This document shows, piece by piece, positions 44,348-47,060 of a stretch of 47,060 bases of DNA (position 1 is its first letter; every line of letters begins with the position of its first letter). The position numbers and the translations under genes were made by a program. Below the pieces are notes generated by a model, which had not been told where the DNA came from, did no database searches, and was given only the letters and a program-made list of their open reading frames with translations. The stretch lies in contig CAZQXP010000001.1 in the NCBI GenBank assembly GCA_964597525.1, positions 1 to 47,060 of the forward strand, written 5' to 3'. Source of the DNA: an uncultured Thermotogaceae bacterium. GTDB lineage: Bacteria > Bipolaricaulota > Bipolaricaulia > Bipolaricaulales > Bipolaricaulaceae.

Positions 44348-45854
44348 AGTCTTCCATTCCCCCCTTTTTGATGAGCTCGGCGATTTGTCCGAGGACCGGG
44401 CTTAGGTCCTGATCCTCGCCGGGAGGCGGGATTATCTCCGAAAGCTTTGCGTAAATCTTCTTTGTGGCGGGCGAAATTTTTTCTTCGCCCAAAAGGCCAA
44501 TAGCCCACCGGGCCGCGACCGCCTCTAGGGCCACCTGATGGGCCACGTTTTCCAAAATGCGCCAAGTCTTCCAGGCCGATGTCGCTCCCATGGAGTTGAA
44601 ATCCTCTTTTCCTCCGGAGGTGGGGATCGTGTCCACGGCTGCTGGATGCGCGAGGACTTTGTTTTCCGCGCTCAGGGCGGCGGCGGTGTACTGGAGGAGC
44701 ATGAGCCCGGAGCTTCGGCCTGGAGTTTGCGCCAAAAACGGAGGAAGGCCGCGCTCCGAGGAAGTAAGAAGAAGGTTCAGCCTGCGCTCACAGGAATTTC
44801 CCAAAATGGCTAAAGCCATACCGAGCTTCTCTGCAGCCACGGCGAGAACCTGACCGTGGAAATTTCCGCCGCACAAGACCTCGCCCTCGGGCAAAACCAC
44901 GGGATTATCCGTAGCCGAGTTCATCTCGATGGAGAGCGTCTTCCCCACATCTTCCAGAACTTCCCAAACTGGCCCGAGGATCTGGGGAAGACACCGCAAG
45001 GAATAAGGATCCTGAACATCATCCTCGAAGGTATCGGTCAGCCTGCTTTGGAAAAGAAGGTCCCGCAGGCGCTCGGCGACTTTGATTTGGCCGGGATGGG
45101 GACGGAGCTGGTGCAAACGGGGATCCAAAGGTTGCGTGCTTCCCCGCAGGGCCTGGAAGGAAAGGGCCGCGATCCCCAGTGCCCCATGGAAAACCCGTCG
45201 GGCCCAAACCCAGGTGCAAAAAAGGAGGGAAAGCATGGCCGAAGTGCCGTTCAAAAGCGCCAAACCTTCTTTTGGGAAAAGCTCAGGTAGGGGGGAAAGG
45301 CCAGCCCGCCGCAGGGCCTCTCCTCCGGGCAATTCCTCTCCCAAATAGCGGGCCCGACCCTCGCCCACCAAAACCAGCGCTAAATGCGCTAAGGGAACGA
45401 GATCTCCGGAGGCGCCCACGGAACCTTGCTCGGGAATCACCGGATAGACGCGGCGATTGAGCATTTCCCGAAGGAGTTCCACGATCTCCCGGCGCACCCC
45501 GGATGCGCCCTGGAGGAAAGAATTCAAACGAAAAAGGAGGATCCCGCGGACGATCGGGTCAGGAAGCGGTTTCCCCACGCCGGTTGCGTGGGAGCGGATC
45601 AAATTGAGTTGGAGGGTTTTAAGCTCCTCGTCGGGGATGCGCACGCGGGATAGGGCGCCAAAGCCCGTGTTCACCCCGTAAACCGGCTTTCCCTCCCGCA
45701 GCACCTCCAAAAGGGCCCGATGGGAGGCATCCACCTTCGCCAGGGACTCCGGGGAGATCGTGATGGGCTTTTCCTCCAAAATGATGGCCTCCGCCTTTTC
45801 CAGGGACAAATGTCCATCGAGCGCGATCACAAAAACGAGTATAGCCTCCGTTTG
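44337..45854 (-). CDS. hutH: Histidine ammonia-lyase
   Basis: MIO-forming GSVGASGDLVPLAHL, GVNTGFG and NLIRSHA. Start uncertain: ATG at 45854 or GTG at 45827. The longer ORF up to 45911 would overlap hutI. Confidence 0.9.
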   Translation of the reverse strand, partial: QTEAILVFVIALDGHLSLEKAEAIILEEKPITISPESLAKVDASHRALLEVLREGKPVYGVNTGFGALSRVRIPDEELKTLQLNLIRSHATGVGKPLPDPIVRGILLFRLNSFLQGASGVRREIVELLREMLNRRVYPVIPEQGSVGASGDLVPLAHLALVLVGEGRARYLGEELPGGEALRRAGLSPLPELFPKEGLALLNGTSAMLSLLFCTWVWARRVFHGALGIAALSFQALRGSTQPLDPRLHQLRPHPGQIKVAERLRDLLFQSRLTDTFEDDVQDPYSLRCLPQILGPVWEVLEDVGKTLSIEMNSATDNPVVLPEGEVLCGGNFHGQVLAVAAEKLGMALAILGNSCERRLNLLLTSSERGLPPFLAQTPGRSSGLMLLQYTAAALSAENKVLAHPAAVDTIPTSGGKEDFNSMGATSAWKTWRILENVAHQVALEAVAARWAIGLLGEEKISPATKKIYAKLSEIIPPPGEDQDLSPVLGQIAELIKKGGMEDYGL

Positions 45855-45888
45855 CATGCGCTCCCAATTTCCGTCAACATATCTGCCC

Positions 45889-47060
45889 ATGGATCTTCTC
45901 CTCTTTGGCATCGGCGAATTGGCGACACCGCAAGGGGAAAAGGCGCGGGCTGGGGAAGAGCAGGGCTTCGTACACGTTTTGCACGATGCCTATGTTTTGG
46001 TCCGGAACGGCCTCATTGAAAAAGTTGGGCAAGGTTTTCCTCCAAGCTTTTCCGGTCCAAGACTTGATTGTGGCGGGCGTTGCGTAACCCCGGGGCTTGT
46101 GGACCCTCATACCCACGCCGTGTTCGCGGGAAATCGCGTCCAGGAATTTCTCGCCCGAGCTCAAGGCCAAAAGTACACGGGGGGCGGGATTCTCACCACC
46201 GTTTATGCCACGAAAGCCGCGAGCGAAGAGGAACTTGTGGCGCAGGCTAAGCCCCGGCTTCTCCGCATGCTTGCCCAAGGGGTGACCACGGTAGAGATCA
46301 AATCCGGATATGGTCTCTCCCTTCCCGACGAGCTCAAAATCCTTCGGGTCGTGCGGCGCCTTGGGCAAGAGCTTCCCCTCACCCTCGTTCCCACCTTTAT
46401 GGGAGCCCACGCTTTTCCGCCGGAGCTTCCTCGCGAGGCATACATCCGCTTGATTGTGGAGGAGATGATCCCCGCCGTGGCGAAAGAAAAACTCGCTTCC
46501 TTTTGCGACGTGTTCTGCGACCGAGGTTTTTACACGGTGGAGGAGGCGAGGGAAATTCTTCTTACGGCTAAAGAGTACGGGCTTGGCTTGAAGATCCATG
46601 CCGATGAGCTGGCCTATGTGGGCGCGGCGGAGCTCGCCGGAGAACTTCGCGCTGCCTCTGCGGAGCATCTTCTCCACGTTTCGGAGGCGGGGATCGCGGC
46701 CCTGGCGCGAGCGGGCACGGTGGCCGTTCTTCTTCCGGGAACAGCGTTTGTTTTGGATGAGCCCTTTCCTCCTGCGCGGAAACTCATGGAGGCCGGGGTT
46801 CCTGTGGCCTTGGGCACGGACTTCAATCCCGGATCCTGTCCCCTTGCCTCTTTGCCCTGGGTCATGAGCCTTGCCGTTTTGAAGCTCAAGATGACCCCGG
46901 AGGAGGTGCTCACCGCGGTCACTTTGAATGCCGCGGCAGCCCTAGGATTGGCGGAAGAGCTGGGCACCCTGGAGCCGGGGAAGAGGGCGGACCTTGTGGT
47001 TTGGGATGTCCAGAGCTTTCAGGAGATCCCCTACTGGATGGGCCAAAACCTCGTTTGGGC
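45889..47060 (+). CDS. hutI: Imidazolonepropionase, 3'-partial (runs off window end)
   Basis: Translated by hand, not in the track because there is no stop in the window: MDLLLFGIGELATPQG...GLVDPHTHAVFAG...KIHADEL...GTDFNPGS...GKRADLVVWD. No internal stops. Confidence 0.9.
   Translation, partial: MDLLLFGIGELATPQGEKARAGEEQGFVHVLHDAYVLVRNGLIEKVGQGFPPSFSGPRLDCGGRCVTPGLVDPHTHAVFAGNRVQEFLARAQGQKYTGGGILTTVYATKAASEEELVAQAKPRLLRMLAQGVTTVEIKSGYGLSLPDELKILRVVRRLGQELPLTLVPTFMGAHAFPPELPREAYIRLIVEEMIPAVAKEKLASFCDVFCDRGFYTVEEAREILLTAKEYGLGLKIHADELAYVGAAELAGELRAASAEHLLHVSEAGIAALARAGTVAVLLPGTAFVLDEPFPPARKLMEAGVPVALGTDFNPGSCPLASLPWVMSLAVLKLKMTPEEVLTAVTLNAAAALGLAEELGTLEPGKRADLVVWDVQSFQEIPYWMGQNLVW

Noticed and set aside
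45874-46677. 267-aa minus-strand ORF at the right end of the window
   Set aside because: It is antisense to the stop-free hutI frame, which carries the DPHTH, HADE and GTDFNPGS amidohydrolase motifs. The minus-strand product has no recognisable features.

Overview
GC-rich, very compact bacterial chromosome segment. Almost every base is coding, many adjacent genes overlap by 4 nt, and the gene content suggests a thermophile: archaeal-type ApgM, pyruvoyl arginine decarboxylase, a branched-polyamine synthase and a Pyrococcus/Thermotoga-type mono-cluster ferredoxin. I found no CRISPR array, transposase, integrase or phage genes. The main feature is a ~12.4 kb run of 16 translationally coupled plus-strand genes (13425..25838). 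It places a [NiFe] hydrogenase core (HoxU-HoxY-HoxH-HoxW) inside the gene neighbourhood normally seen with electron-bifurcating HydABC [FeFe] hydrogenases: DRTGG / HATPase / DRTGG / PHP regulators, NuoE-like, a second HATPase, thioredoxin-like ferredoxin, and NuoF-like with N-terminal [2Fe-2S] and C-terminal 2x[4Fe-4S]. A second NuoE/NuoF pair follows. Its NuoF copy is a close paralogue that has lost all four cysteines of the N-terminal cluster and lacks the C-terminal ferredoxin domain. The stand-alone thioredoxin-like protein also has no cysteines. The PHP gene is split by a +1 frameshift in a C7 tract. A beta-CASP nuclease and a ribokinase close the operon. A 59-aa ferredoxin gene, just under the shortest ORF listed in the track, lies about 2 kb upstream. 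The window also holds a six-gene long/branched-chain polyamine island (bpsA-pdaD-dhs | speH-speE-speB), an anticodon-domain-less AsnRS/AspRS paralogue, an abutting tRNA-Asn/tRNA-Ile pair, an orphan ATP-synthase-epsilon-like ORF, pheS without pheT, and a hutH/hutI divergent pair. The rest is housekeeping: ahcY, apgM, fabF, recO, deoC, era. All functional calls come from reading the translations by eye for motifs and family resemblance; no database search was possible.
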